64,000 nt of DNA, from the NCBI GenBank assembly GCA_030265395.1, contig JARFYF010000055.1, positions 15,800,530 to 15,864,529 on the forward strand. The letters run 5' to 3'. Under the pieces are notes generated by a model, which had not been told where the DNA came from, did no database searches, and was given only the letters and a program-made list of their open reading frames with translations. Below are positions 1 through 11,930 of the stretch, piece by piece. The DNA is from Rhina ancylostomus (Eukaryota). Positions within the stretch are counted from its first letter, which is position 1. Every line of letters starts with the position of its first letter. A program made the position numbers and the translations under genes.

Positions 1-469
1 CTGTGTAATGCATTGTGCTCAGGGCACCAAATATTTCAAATCCATCCCCGACTACTGTGAAAGGATTTGAACCAATGTATCCAGATCAGTCCACATCCCT
101 GGATCGCAGGTTCAGTGATTTAATAATATATTTACAATATGGGCAGCATTTGGTGCTTAATTGAGGGCCATTTTGATTGGTGTGATTCAATATGAACACA
201 AAAATCACCCCTCTCTCTGGGGCAGGAAGGATATAAAGTAGAAAAACTGGGTAAAACACAAGTGTTAACATACTTTATCCGGCTACTTCCACACAGTGGC
301 ATCCTCCCATACCAAAACCGCTCAACATGGTCACACACAAGTTTACAGAGTACTGATGAGTTTAGGCTTCACACTGCATCGAGCTTATGACAAAATTTAT
401 TCTCAGGAAAAATAGCAAGGTCTGCTCAAGCACTGAGATGAGGGAAATGGATCAGGAAGAGACGTGCAT

Positions 470-760
470 AGTATATGGCTAACTCGAGGGGGCATAATTT
501 TAAGGTAACTGGAGGAAGGTATAAGGGGGATGTCAGAGGCAAGTTTTTTTAAAAACACACAGTGGTGAGTGTGTTGAATGTACTGCCTAACAGAGGTTGT
601 TGGGGGGGGGGGGCGCGCAGATATTTTAGGGACATTTAAGAGGCTCTTAGATAGCCACATGAATGCCAGAGAAATAGAGGGCTATGTGGGAGGGAAACGT
701 TAGATAGATAAAATGTCAACACAACATCATGCACCTAATGGCCTGTGCTGTAATGTTCTT
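470..760 (+). mobile_element. CR1/HER1-type LINE 3' end fragment
   Basis: ctcgagggggcataattttaagg (TRGH-like), acatttaagaggctcttagatagccacatgaat, tail ggcctgtgctgtaatgttct. Confidence 0.75.
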
Positions 761-1807
761 TATAGCCAAGCTCAGGCTCATTGGGCTGTTACTCATCTCT
801 GTGCTCCATATTCAATGTAATTTTTTTTATATATACTTCTTACTGAGAGTAGGTGTTGCCTTGTATGGGGACTGATGAGAGCAGTCTGCCACACTGGACC
901 AACAGGAACTGGCTCAATACTACCAGGAACTGAGAGAACAGAGAACATTCTCATGAGCAACAAGTTATGGCTAGAAAATATCAAGTTTAGGAGTTGCCAA
1001 GTCCTACAACTGTAGTGATTTGGTAATTAATCCCCAAGACCTTTACCGGGGTAGTTATTAGCTGCTCAAATTCTCATGTTCATTTGTGACCTTGGACAGC
1101 ATACATCAACAATCTGTTTAACTGTGGAACGAGAACACCTGAGCCAAATCCCGTGCTCACAAAATACCAGAGCTGTCACAGCCCTGCTCATGTACGTAGT
1201 TCCTAACTATTTACTTTGCTGTCTGATCCATTTATTGATTCTCTGCTAATTTTTTTTAGTCATATTCTCTAGGTGTCCAAGTTGGAAAAGTATCCTCCCC
1301 AACTGATTTCCAAAGTCCAAAATAAACAGTTATTGAAAATCCAATGTACTTATTGAAGCTTTCTCCACGATATTCACAGCCCTTTTTCAAGTGGCTAATC
1401 TAAGTATTGCAGTTTCTTCCATTTGAGTTCCAAATATATTCCAGAAGAAACTGTATGTGTGTAAAGGAGTAGGCACCTAATAACTGCTCTTTCTGTAGGC
1501 CAGAGATGCTGGCATGCAAACAATGGTGCAGGCAGGGGCCAGCTGACAGTGCAGTCCAGTGATCCAAAGGGTCTTATCTTCAACCTTTATCCCTTGTGCA
1601 TTTATCATAGACGTCTAGAGAAGTATTCCTTCAGACCTGTGGAATTAAACGAAAACNNNNNNNNNNNNNNNNNNNNNNNNNNNNNNNNNNNNNNNNNNNN
1701 NNNNNNNNNNNNNNNNNNNNNNNNNNNNNNNNNNNNNNNNNNNNNNNNNNNNNNNNNNNNNNNNNNNNNNNNNNNNNNNNNNNNNNNNNNNNNNNNNNNN
1801 NNNNNNN

Positions 1808-2796
1808 AATATGCAGATTTCATAGCACTGAAAAATCTCAAATTGTGTTTCTTCATTATTTTTGTGAGCTTCAACTGAACCTAAACTTTTTCCACACCTT
1901 GATTATAAAGGAAAAACGTGATCTGTTGCTCTCCTTGAACTAGAGCACAACTTTATACATACAGAAACTTGTACATTACCCTCGCAGGATATGGCCGATG
2001 GAAATAAAAGCTATCACTTTTTGCTTGACCATGTCATGAAAATTGTAAACCTCATTCTACGAGAGAAGGAAAAAAACAACCAACTTTGAGGGTATGTGCA
2101 TTGTACAACTTCTATATACAATCACAGCTCAGGGGCTGTGGCTGCAGTTTAAAATCAGTCAGGAAGTGAAAGAGGAAAAGTCCATACAATCAAGGGGAGG
2201 TGTAGATACACACGATACTTTAAGGGGAAAAGCCTTTTTTCACGTTTACTGTAAACTAAAAAATGTTTTAAAACTACAGTTTGCTGCCAAACCAGCATTG
2301 TTCAATGTGAAATATTGTTTACAGCTGGTCAAAGGTTACATATGTTTAGGGTCTAATGTGTAGGCTGTCTCCTGTATAACGTACACGAGAGCTTCTAATG
2401 AGCCACTTTCCAGTGGTTGAATTACAATCCAAGAGCACAGCACTGAACCAAAGATTTCCCAAGTCACTTAGCTTCCAAAATTTACCATAAGAATTTTGAA
2501 GCAGGGCCCTCCAGGGAGGGATGCCCGAGCATGAGGCATTCTCCCAAACTCGCTGTAAATGAGACAGCAACTTTGGTTAAAAAATTTCTGACTTACACAC
2601 AGGCAGCAAACATTCATCTTCCCCCCCCTCCCACCCCCCTCTGGTACTTGATCAAAATGACTACAATATCCTTCCATTATTAAGAATGAGTGGGGCAAAT
2701 TTTGGGAACAGAGGTGGTTTTTGCATAAATAAAGACAGAAACAGTCGATTCAAAGATCTCCACTCACGCACACACACAGTAAGGTCCCCACAGCTG
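1808..2796 (-). other. ARID1A: ARID1A 3'UTR (the end probably lies inside the N gap 1657-1807)
   Basis: Directly follows the TGA stop; free of recognisable repeats; U-rich on the mRNA strand; blocks such as AGGTTCAGTTGAAG...ATGAAGAAACACAATT resemble my recollection of the mammalian ARID1A 3'UTR. Confidence 0.75.
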
Positions 2797-4494
2797 TCAT
2801 GACTGGCCGATCATGAAGAGTACATCACAAATTACATTTGTAACCAGAGAGTTCAGGAGAGGCGATACAGAGATATCTAGCAGTCGTGCCTCATGCAACG
2901 TGAACTCAGAGTGGTTTTCTTCTACTTTTGCCATTGCTAGCAGGGCCTTGGCTGCCCGCCGCATCATGTCCATACTTGTTGGCTCAATAGGTGCAGTTTG
3001 CAAGTGCATCAGGCTGGGCTGACTCTGCTGGAGTTGAGTGGCTGCCAGACTATCCTCCAAAAAGCCCAGTAGGTTACTGATGCTTCCCTTACGAACAGCA
3101 ATTGCTCTGGCAGCCAGGCTGTCTCCTTGAGCCAGGTTTGCTAACAGTACCACACACATTTCACGGCACACCTGGCTTTTTCGTTCCCCAATGAGCCGGA
3201 CCAGTATCCCGTAAAGTTTTTCCAAGCGGCTAAATGGAGGTGTCGCCAGGATAAGGTCCACATTATTGTCCTGGATACTAAGTTTACACAAGCTCTCCAG
3301 GACGAGTCTCTGGGGAGAGAGCATTGAATTGGGGCCTAGCGTTGGGAAAGGGTCTTGGGCCTCCGCTGCAGGACACACAGCCCAGTGCAACAATCCGTCC
3401 AGAAGTGGCAAGCAGATACTCTCTGGATACAGAGATAGGTCCAACTGCCCAGAAATATTGGCCATTGTGACAAGAGTGTTTTCCCGTAATACTTCTAAAC
3501 AGTCCCACCACCACTCATCACTATCGCAGCTTACACCTTCGTCTTCCTCATCCTCCTTTTCGTACGTTAATGGCGCTTGTTTCCGTTCAGGGTGCTCATG
3601 ATGCTGCAAGATAAGCTTGCCCAAGATGAGCAGTAAGCCAGGATGTTTTGACATCTCTGCATCGTTCCCAGGCACAAACGACAAGCTGCGAATAATGTTT
3701 GATATACAAATACACCGCTTCGCTAAAGAGTCCTGCCAGTCGGCCATCATACACAATGGCACCTCATCCCGGCTGCATGGCTCATCCTCGAGAATTTTGA
3801 TATTTTTATGATTTTGTGCCTGATGAATAGCAAAAGGAAACTTGTTGTTATCTGTGTTCCCCTCTACTGACCCATTAACTGCTTCCTTATTCAAGGAGCC
3901 AGGCCTCGCTGAGAGAACATCATCCATGGTTGCAGTTATGCTTTTCTCAGACTCCTCACCATTTACTGTTGACTCAATGTTTCCTTCTGTCCCTTTTTTG
4001 TTTTCAGCTGTGTACCTTTTCACAGATCCCTTATGGGTCATGGTTCGTTTTCGCAGGGGGACTTGTGTCTTACTCTCAAAATGTGTTTGGATGTGTTCCG
4101 TAGTGTCACCTCCCCCAATCTGCCAGTGTAGCAAACCACTGTCAAACTCTTGTACCCTGCCCAATTTATCAGAGTTATCCACCACAAACAGATCAGCCTT
4201 TCTAACCATTTTCACAGGAAGTCTGTCAAACTTGCTGACGTGCTTGGGATTCTCTTCTGTACTCTCAATGGCTGTTATATCTTCAGTTATATTAGCTGCC
4301 ATTTCCTCTTCACTGATGTATTCCCCGTCTTCCTCTACCTCAAGCTCTGATGGTTCTTTTACTTTCCCAAACTGCTCTGGATCCAGGAGTGTCTTTTGGC
4401 CAGGATCTCCAATCTCGTACTCCTTCAGAATTCCAAATATCTCAATCAAGCATCTCCGGAAATATTCCACCAGAAGCTCCAAGAATCCGGGTAG
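2797..4494 (-). CDS. ARID1A: ARID1A last coding exon (human exon 20 equivalent), BAF250_C/ARM-repeat C-terminal domain
   Basis: Acceptor tcctag|CTA CCC GGA TTC TTG at 4494; open frame [27 protein letters not shown]...[12 protein letters not shown] (1698 nt). Residues [29 protein letters not shown] and C-terminal IGQS fit ARID1A rather than ARID1B. Confidence 0.97.
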   Translation of the reverse strand, partial: LPGFLELLVEYFRRCLIEIFGILKEYEIGDPGQKTLLDPEQFGKVKEPSELEVEEDGEYISEEEMAANITEDITAIESTEENPKHVSKFDRLPVKMVRKADLFVVDNSDKLGRVQEFDSGLLHWQIGGGDTTEHIQTHFESKTQVPLRKRTMTHKGSVKRYTAENKKGTEGNIESTVNGEESEKSITATMDDVLSARPGSLNKEAVNGSVEGNTDNNKFPFAIHQAQNHKNIKILEDEPCSRDEVPLCMMADWQDSLAKRCICISNIIRSLSFVPGNDAEMSKHPGLLLILGKLILQHHEHPERKQAPLTYEKEDEEDEGVSCDSDEWWWDCLEVLRENTLVTMANISGQLDLSLYPESICLPLLDGLLHWAVCPAAEAQDPFPTLGPNSMLSPQRLVLESLCKLSIQDNNVDLILATPPFSRLEKLYGILVRLIGERKSQVCREMCVVLLANLAQGDSLAARAIAVRKGSISNLLGFLEDSLAATQLQQSQPSLMHLQTAPIEPTSMDMMRRAAKALLAMAKVEENHSEFTLHEARLLDISVSPLLNSLVTNVICDVLFMIGQS

Positions 4495-4639
4495 CTAGGA
4501 AAAAATAAAACAGAGGTGAGGCGACAAGCACAAACATTGTGAAGCAGTGAAGGAGAGTCAGCTCCAGTAAAACCTCACCTTGGTGCCCATTAACTTCAGT
4601 CCTGCGACAACCAGCACAAGAGTAGCAGGCAGATTTGGG

Positions 4640-4860
4640 ACCCCATGGTGATCAGATTACCCTCAAGTCACATTTTACCTGCCGCGCAAATATATCACTG
4701 TACTTTTGATATCACTAGCTTAAATTCTGGAACTCCCTACTCAACCACTTATGTGCGGCATGCAACCAGAATTATAGTAGTTCAAGGTGACAGCTCACCA
4801 TCTCATTCTCAAGGGTAGTCAGGGAGTGGATACTCTCATCCCCCAAATGAATGAAGAGAA
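4640..4860 (+). mobile_element. Old chondrichthyan LINE (CR1/L2 superclade) 3' end
   Basis: ctggaactccctac...gttcaaggtgacagctcaccatctcattctcaaggg...aatgaatgaa; similar to minus-strand copies at ~38.3 kb and ~44.7 kb. Confidence 0.6.
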
Positions 4861-5154
4861 CTCCAAGTCAAGTTACATTTTGCTTGTGCAAAACTCTTTG
4901 TATTGACAACAGAGAAAGCTTGGAAGCATGGACACTATGCTGAGGCTCAAGAGATTAGAGCTGCAACAATCCTGCAGTGACACTTATGGAGCTCTAATGC
5001 ATAAATGAATACTGAATAAAACTAATTATAACCAGTTTTACTCATTAACTACTTTAGGAAGTTTAACTTCCTAATTCAATTTCGCCTCATTTTCTGAATT
5101 CATAAGCAATGCTTAATCAAGAGGTTATTATTCATGCAAACCCTGCCACAAGTG

Positions 5155-5760
5155 TTCATAGAATCAAACAGCACAGGACACCAGTTTATGGAGTCCCTAT
5201 GAACTTTTTGAAAGAGCTACCCAGTTAGTCCCATTTGTTTGCTTTCTCTCCCCTCTTCCCCCCAAGACCTTCAAATTTTGCACTTTCAAGTATACATCCA
5301 ATTCCCTTTTGAAAGGTTAGCATTGAATTTGCTTCAACATTTTTCAAGGCCATACATTCTAGATCACAACATGCTGCATAAATAGTTCCTCAACTCCCTT
5401 TTGATTCTTTTGCCAATTATTTTCAATGCATGTACTCTGATTAGCAAATATTTTGTCAATGGAAACAACTGATTTCAATTTACTCTGTCAAAATCCTTTA
5501 TGGCTTTGAGAGCATCTATCTAATCTCCCTTTAACCTTTTCTGCTCCAAGGACAACCTTTGTTTCCCCAGTCTCTTTGCAAACTGCCATCCTTCATCCTG
5601 ATACCATTCCAGAATTGGACACAATACTTCAGCTTAAATTTAACCTTTAAGGTTTAAGCACAGCAGCCTTCATTCTTGCACTCTGTTTATAAAGTCAAGC
5701 ACCCCTCATAAATTTATTAAAAAGGTCTTCGCAACTTTGTCTGCAAGTTTAAACCTGACA
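5155..5760 (-). mobile_element. Degenerate CR1 LINE 3' fragment
   Basis: Reverse-complement tail (catagaatca...), aatctccctttaaccttttctgctccaagg, aattggacacaatacttcagc (LEYCVQF-like). Confidence 0.6.
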
Positions 5761-7031
5761 ATATTTAATCCCTATGTAGCATCACAAGTGCATCAATAGA
5801 GAGATAATGGACTTATTGGGTTCTGAATTGTTTCTCGCTCTACCAGTAATACTGAATGACCAGACTAATTGCACTTTTTTCTTCCTACCTGGGAAGGAAA
5901 CAATTTGCAAATTGACCTACTGTATGGACTTGCCAAAGAAGTCCAACTCCAAGTCATACAAATTTATTTTCTTCTTCAGGTCAGACATCAATCAGCCCCT
6001 CAGAATGGAATAACTTTCCTATTTAGACAGCAAATCTATCACGGGCATAGCTATTTTGCATCATTCTCAGTGAAGCTCACTCAGGTCTTCCCCAATGAGA
6101 TTCAGCCCCAAGCTTTAAACACCAAACCTTTTGAAGCTCTCATTTTATGCCAGTTAACTACCCTCCCTCACAACCATGATTATGAAATATTTCTATGAAA
6201 TAATCACTTGATATATTGAGCCATAATGTTCAAGACCAAATGCCAGAGCTTTAAGAATCAAAAGTAAAATCAAAGAATGAGATGTGGAGAGGGACAAACC
6301 TGATTCATTTTCATTGGAAAGGACAGTGAATGGTAGCAGAGAGTAGTAACCACACTTCAGTCCTGCTTTTCAGAGTTCTCCTCAAGCTTCTTCCTTCTAC
6401 CTCGACCCTACCAAGCCTGGCACTCCATAANNNNNNNNNNTCCATAACTGGTTCTCTAATGCATGGTCCACATTCATTCACTAGCAGGACAAGCTTTTAA
6501 AGAATATAGTTCCTGAATAAAGGGACAGCATGATAACTCAGAGGGCCTGCTGGTGACGTGGTTCAAATGGGTGATGTTCCAAAACAGTTCACAGAAGGAA
6601 TCATTGCACTGAGTCCAGTGAATTTTAAGTTCAGCTTAAATGTTAAACACATCAGATTGAAGAGCCAAAATTCTTGCTAATACTTCAAATGTATGAGCCT
6701 CCAAAAATACCAGGAGGGCAGCAAAAAAAGCACATGTTGTAGCCAAAGCACTTGGAGGACACCAAAACTTCAAAACATTTTATTCATTTTTAAAATCCCA
6801 TATTTTGACTGGGCTTTGAGTTCATCCAAAGTCAACTGATGCCTGGAGTCACTACTGCAATAAGTTTATTCTATCTGGATAGGCACCTGGGCACTGGAAT
6901 GATCCTTTAACCCACTGTGTTGAAATTAACTCATATGTCAGATTTCAATCTCAAACTCTAACTCTGAGTGTCCTGATTCTGCTCCATGTCTGCAAGATTT
7001 AGTTTCAGTCTTAAGAGTGTTATTTACTTAC

Positions 7032-7162
7032 CTGAGATAATGTGAAGGTGGCTACACTGCTATCATCGTACAATAAAATATTAATGGTGTCCAAGGCCCA
7101 TGTACTTTCAGCCAGGAGGCCAGATTTAAGGGACATCATCACCCGCCAAGCTTCTGGAGTGC
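7032..7162 (-). CDS. ARID1A: ARID1A exon 19 equivalent (131 nt)
   Basis: cccag|GC ACT CCA GAA GCT TGG CGG GTG ATG... = (G)[43 protein letters not shown]|gtaagt. Confidence 0.96.
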
Positions 7163-8528
7163 CTGGGAATGGAACATAAAAATAATGCTGAAACCACGAT
7201 CTGGGAAAAACCTACCACATTAATGCATACCCAACCCATGCATCATACGGCATTTGAAACACATCTCTCCTTCCCTAATTAGTGTGATGGTCAAGCTACA
7301 GTCCTGCTACAAAGATCATTCTTTAACTCAATGTGCAGGAACCATCTCGCACATCAGATTTCAATCCCAAACTCTTCCATATGATCAGAACCCGTCCCTC
7401 TTCAGCGTGGGTTACTCAGAGCATGGATAGGGCTCTTCTCTTATCCGAGGGGGTGGAAGTGGCTACATTATCATTGCACATCACAACAATTATGACCAAA
7501 AGGTACTCAAAAATAATTTGAGCATTCTCTTCAAGACCACTGATGCTTCATTTTCACACCTTTCCTTCTCTTTAAACCATCATTAAATTGAGAAAACACA
7601 TCATTCCATCTCCATTTTAACTCAATTCTCAGAACCTCAAACATGACTTCCCTCCACCTTCCACAAGCTTGAAATCCAATTTCAGAATGATTAGATTATT
7701 TCTCAATTCACCCAGCTGACCACTCTACTAGGTAACTTGAAACTTCTTCATAAATAAGGTATCAATACCTGTATTTTGTCTGGTCAACTGATAGGATGTG
7801 GTATTGGAGGAAGCAATTTGACCCACTGTACCCGTGCTGCCTCTTTTCCCAGAACCCTTATACCAGGCCTGTTCCACAACTAATTTTTCTTGGTATGTTA
7901 AACATTTAAGTGCTACAGAGAAGAAAAATTCAAAGAGCTTTGGGCCCATTTGCTAATTTCACATCTGGCCCTGTATATGTACAGGCTCAGGCTTACTGCA
8001 ACAGCACTGAGCCAGATAACCTTAATCAGAAAATGTTATCCAGACCTACAGGGAATTCCACAATGGAGGGAGATCAAAGAAAGGGTCAGTCACTAAGACT
8101 AAGATGCTAAAGCAGCAAAATCCAAGTCAGTTCACAGTCCATTCATCTCAAATTAAACCATTAAAGAAACTTATAGAAAACTAACTATTCACAGAAAATA
8201 GGATACGCTACAAATGCAAGCCAACTGTACAACAGCATATACACTTATAGGTACAGCAAGCCACTGGTCAGAGTTGCACAACCAACACATCGGAACTCTG
8301 AAGCTTACCCAGAATGACCATAAGCAGACTGGATTATGCCATTATACTACCATCATATTTAAGCAAAGCTCCAATGATTTATCTAAAATTATATTTAAAA
8401 ATACCTACAATCACCAATTTACAACAGAACACCAAGTTTCATTTTGCTTGGACTTCAGGTTTGAAATGGGAAAGAGTTCCCAGACTACTTGACCTGAACA
8501 ATGAACACAACCATTTTATACCGCTTAC

Positions 8529-9446
8529 CAATGTCCTTAGTAGTGAGCCTCCGGCGAGATTTCAGGACTGGTTGAGATGCTTCAACTGAGCCGGGAGGGA
8601 AGGTAATGTCTCGTCTTATCAGCGGTGGCTGCACAGAGGGTCCAGAAATATGGGATGCAGGCATAGGAGGTCCAACTTTTTGCATTTTCATTCGGCCTCC
8701 CGCTGCCTCAGCTATTCACATATCCTTAATGTAATTCATTTCTTCAGTGATTCTTTCTATTGCCTGACGAAGATGATCTGTCGCATTCCACTGATACTTC
8801 CTCTCTGCTTGTGTTTGTTTAGTCCCNNNNNNNNNNNNNNNNNNNNNNNNNNNNNNNNNNNNNNNNNNNNNNNNNNNNNNNNNNNNNNNNNNNNNNNNNN
8901 NNNNNNNNNNNNNNNNNNNNNNNNNNAGGTGCGGTTTTCCAATGGTCTCTGCATGGGAGCTGGACTGGACACTTGGGAAATATGATTTGGCACTGATGGA
9001 GGAGTTTGGTAGGTAGACTGCGATGGTCTTGTAATTGGTGGAAGAGATGCAGAGGGGGTGAAAGACTGCTGACGTTGGTTGACATGAGAAGCCCACTGCC
9101 CTTCATGGTTCATTCTCTGATCAGGTCCAATCATCTCCTCGGAACGATTCATGCTGTGATATGCTGGAGCTTGAGGTGGAGTNNNNNNNNNNAACGGACC
9201 TCCCATCATCTGTGGGGGCACAGGCTGTGAAGTGGCTGTGCCAGGGGGACCTTGCATTCTCTCTCTGCCGTACTGAAATGGAAACTGATTCTGGACTGGC
9301 CGGCGATCAGTGCTTGGATAGGCATTGCTATACTGGTTATACATATCTTGCTGTGATTGCTGGGCTGAGTAGGACATTCCATATATTTCACCTTCATGCC
9401 TCTTGGCTGGAGGCCCATATGTTCCATCCATCTGTCGCTTGAAGTT
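8529..9446 (-). CDS. ARID1A: ARID1A exon 18 equivalent, interrupted by two N gaps and a foreign segment
   Basis: tcag|AAC TTC AAG CGA CAG ATG GAT = [20 protein letters not shown]...PLENRT [gap 8827-8926, unrelated 8694-8826] MKMQKVGPP...RRRLTTKDI(G)|gtaagc; second gap at 9183-9192. Confidence 0.9.
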
Positions 9447-9577
9447 CTGACAAAAGTGACAAGAATGTTCAGACTTCTTAAATTTCCCACAAATAAAATG
9501 ATTCTAGCATAAAACCTGACAGTTAAAATTAAACAAGGATCTGTGCAATGCAGAGATCATTTAATCAGGTAACCTCA

Positions 9578-9868
9578 CTGTAGCGTAGCAGTTAGCGTAA
9601 TGCTTTACAGCACCAGCGACCCTGGTTCAATTCTGGCTGCTGTCTGTAAGGAGTTTGTACGTTCTCCCTGTATCTGCCTGGGGTTCCTCCGGGTGCTCTG
9701 GTTTCCTCCCACATTCCAAAAGACAAACAGGTTAAGAAGTTGTGGGCATGCTGTGTTGGCACCAGAAGTGTGGCGACACTTGCGGGCTGCCCCCAGAACA
9801 TTCTACGCAAAAGATGCATTTCATTGTGCATTTTGATGTACATGTGGCTAATAAAGAAAGCTTATCTT
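9578..9868 (+). mobile_element. tRNA-derived V-SINE, relatively young copy
   Basis: A box tagcgtagcagtt, B box ggttcaattct, V-domain ggagtttgtacgttctccc...tcctccgggtgctctggtttcctcccacattccaaa, 3' tail gtacatgtggctaataaa. Confidence 0.85.
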
Positions 9869-10329
9869 GCTGGGAAGATAATTTTCATTATCTTTAGCCA
9901 TTTAAAAATTGGACCAGCAATTTCATCCCTGAACTCCAATGAATAAATTGGGCTTTAAGGAAATTCTTGTTTACATTTATAGAGGGTTTGGCTATGCTTT
10001 GAGGCTTGGCTTTATTTTCTCTCCTGAATGATTAGTTCACTCCACTCAGCTGTGAATAATATCCTTTAGCAGGTTGGTAGAAAGCAAGCAACTGGTGAAT
10101 TGCACCCCAAGCATTATGCCTCAATTAAAAATTCTACTACACCTATATTTGTAAAATAGGACAAGGTCTCTCAACCTTAATTATTTACTTCCAATTTGTA
10201 TCCCTCAATACAATGCACAACCTTCTATTAACTTCAGTCTTGAAATTTTCAACTAAACTGCAGCAGAGTTACATAGGGCAAGTCTTTCACATTTCTATCA
10301 CCCTTTGTGTAAAACAAAAAGGTACATTT

Positions 10330-10830
10330 TAACTTCACTTGTAAAAATTATATCCCCTTTCTATACACCCCCATCACTGATTTGGTTGATATACACCATT
10401 TCAAATGCATTTATCATTTTAAATACTTCAGATCATCCCTCAAATGCCTAAATTTAAGGAAATACAAGACACACTCATGCATCTTGTCCTCTCAACACCT
10501 GAAACTTTGTTAACATTGTAGAAAATGTATATTCTTTATTGCCAATACATCCCTCCTCAGGTGAGTATTTCAAAATAAAATTCAACAATCTTGATTAGGC
10601 CCGAGTGATGCTCTGTACAACCAAAGTAACTCTTCCTCCCCTTTGTTATCCAGCTCCTTTGAGATAAGCATTTGATCATTGCTCCTCCTATCTGTGCACC
10701 AGCTTTTAATGAGTTGTAAAACACATCACCTAAACCCATTCACTCCTCCATAACAAATCAGTTCTGAATATTAAAATATTCCCATGTCTTTCTCATATCC
10801 AAAGTGGATAACCTCCAATCATTTCATCTA
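10330..10830 (-). mobile_element. Degenerate CR1 LINE fragment
   Basis: Minus-strand ORF2 C-terminal remnants (ccaaagtggataacctc, cagatcatccctcaaatgcctaaattt). Confidence 0.5.
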
Positions 10831-11302
10831 TGCTCTATTATAATTGCAGAGCGTTTCAGAATCAGCATGTGAACTGATGGAAAAATATAAACAACTCCGA
10901 TATATTTCATATCCAACTCAGAAATTCAGCAATAATAGATTAACTAATGGCTAAGGGTTTTTCCTGAAAGTCTGATTACACTAGTGTAGATGGCTGTGTG
11001 TAAATCAGAAGATATTCAGGGAGGATTAGCCCAACTAATGTAGATCAGGTTTCCTCTGCTCTTTTTTGCTAACAGCCATAAACGACTTACAAGCCTGTTA
11101 CTTAAGCACTGACATTGAAGTACATCACAAGATGACCAACTATTGCAGACAACTGGTTTCAAATGTTTCAACAAAACACCAACATTTTAAAACAGGAGCC
11201 ATTTGATTGAGGCTGACCAGGTTTGCATATCCTTCCGACTTCTTTTTGAAAGAGTCAGAATTCCATACTGGATTTATCTGCCCAAAGAACCACGGTACTT
11301 AC

Positions 11303-11396
11303 TTGCTGTTGGGGAAACATTCCAGGTTGCTGGTTAGAATACGACTGTCCGGCTGGAGCTCCCTGTCCAGAGTACTGGCTTCCATAAGGATCATGC
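11303..11396 (-). CDS. ARID1A: ARID1A exon 17 equivalent (94 nt)
   Basis: ccag|G CAT GAT CCT TAT GGA = (R)HDPYGSQYSGQGAPAGQSYSNQQPGMFPQQQ|gtaagt; phases fit the neighbouring exons. Confidence 0.9.
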
Positions 11397-11930
11397 CTGG
11401 TTTTTATAGGTTGTGGATAGGCAAGAGTAAATCAAAATTAGTATCTGCAGACACTGCACAGCAAAAAAACCAAGTCCCACCAGTTTTCCATTGAAAACGT
11501 TAACTCTTGGTAGGAAGTGGGGAGCAGATCTATCTAGTGATAACTGGCCTGCTGGGAAACAATGCCAACCATGGACATTTCAGAACTTTTAACCATGCGC
11601 AGAAATTTCCAGACTTATAAAAGGATTGTATTTGGGTTGAACACCACACTGCTCCAAACCTATGTCTATGGCTGATTGACAATGAAACCTGAATTAGTAG
11701 CCAAAGGCTCACATTGATTTGGTAAAAATTCCACCCAAGGCTGTTAAGTAAATCAAAAGAATTAAAGAAATATATTAGCTTTAACAATTACTTGTCTGCT
11801 CTCTTCAAGTTATGCAAATTATCTATAACACGACATTCAGCAGAGATTTATTATTTAAAAATAAGATATTCTGAAGTTAGGAGGCAAAACATTCAGCTTT
11901 TCAGAAAGAGCTTAAACATTCTACACTTAC

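Noticed and set aside
1-1650. Exons of a downstream neighbouring gene
   Set aside because: Only short ORFs and a CR1 fragment; nothing recognisable.
2447-2454. ACCAAAGA miR-9 8-mer on the plus strand
   Set aside because: It is on the strand opposite to the ARID1A mRNA.
2813-4498. Plus-strand ORFs up to 218 aa overlapping the last exon
   Set aside because: Antisense shadows of the ARID1A coding sequence; no independent protein signal.
9578-9650. Possible tRNA gene
   Set aside because: The A/B boxes belong to a SINE head followed by a V-domain; no complete cloverleaf.
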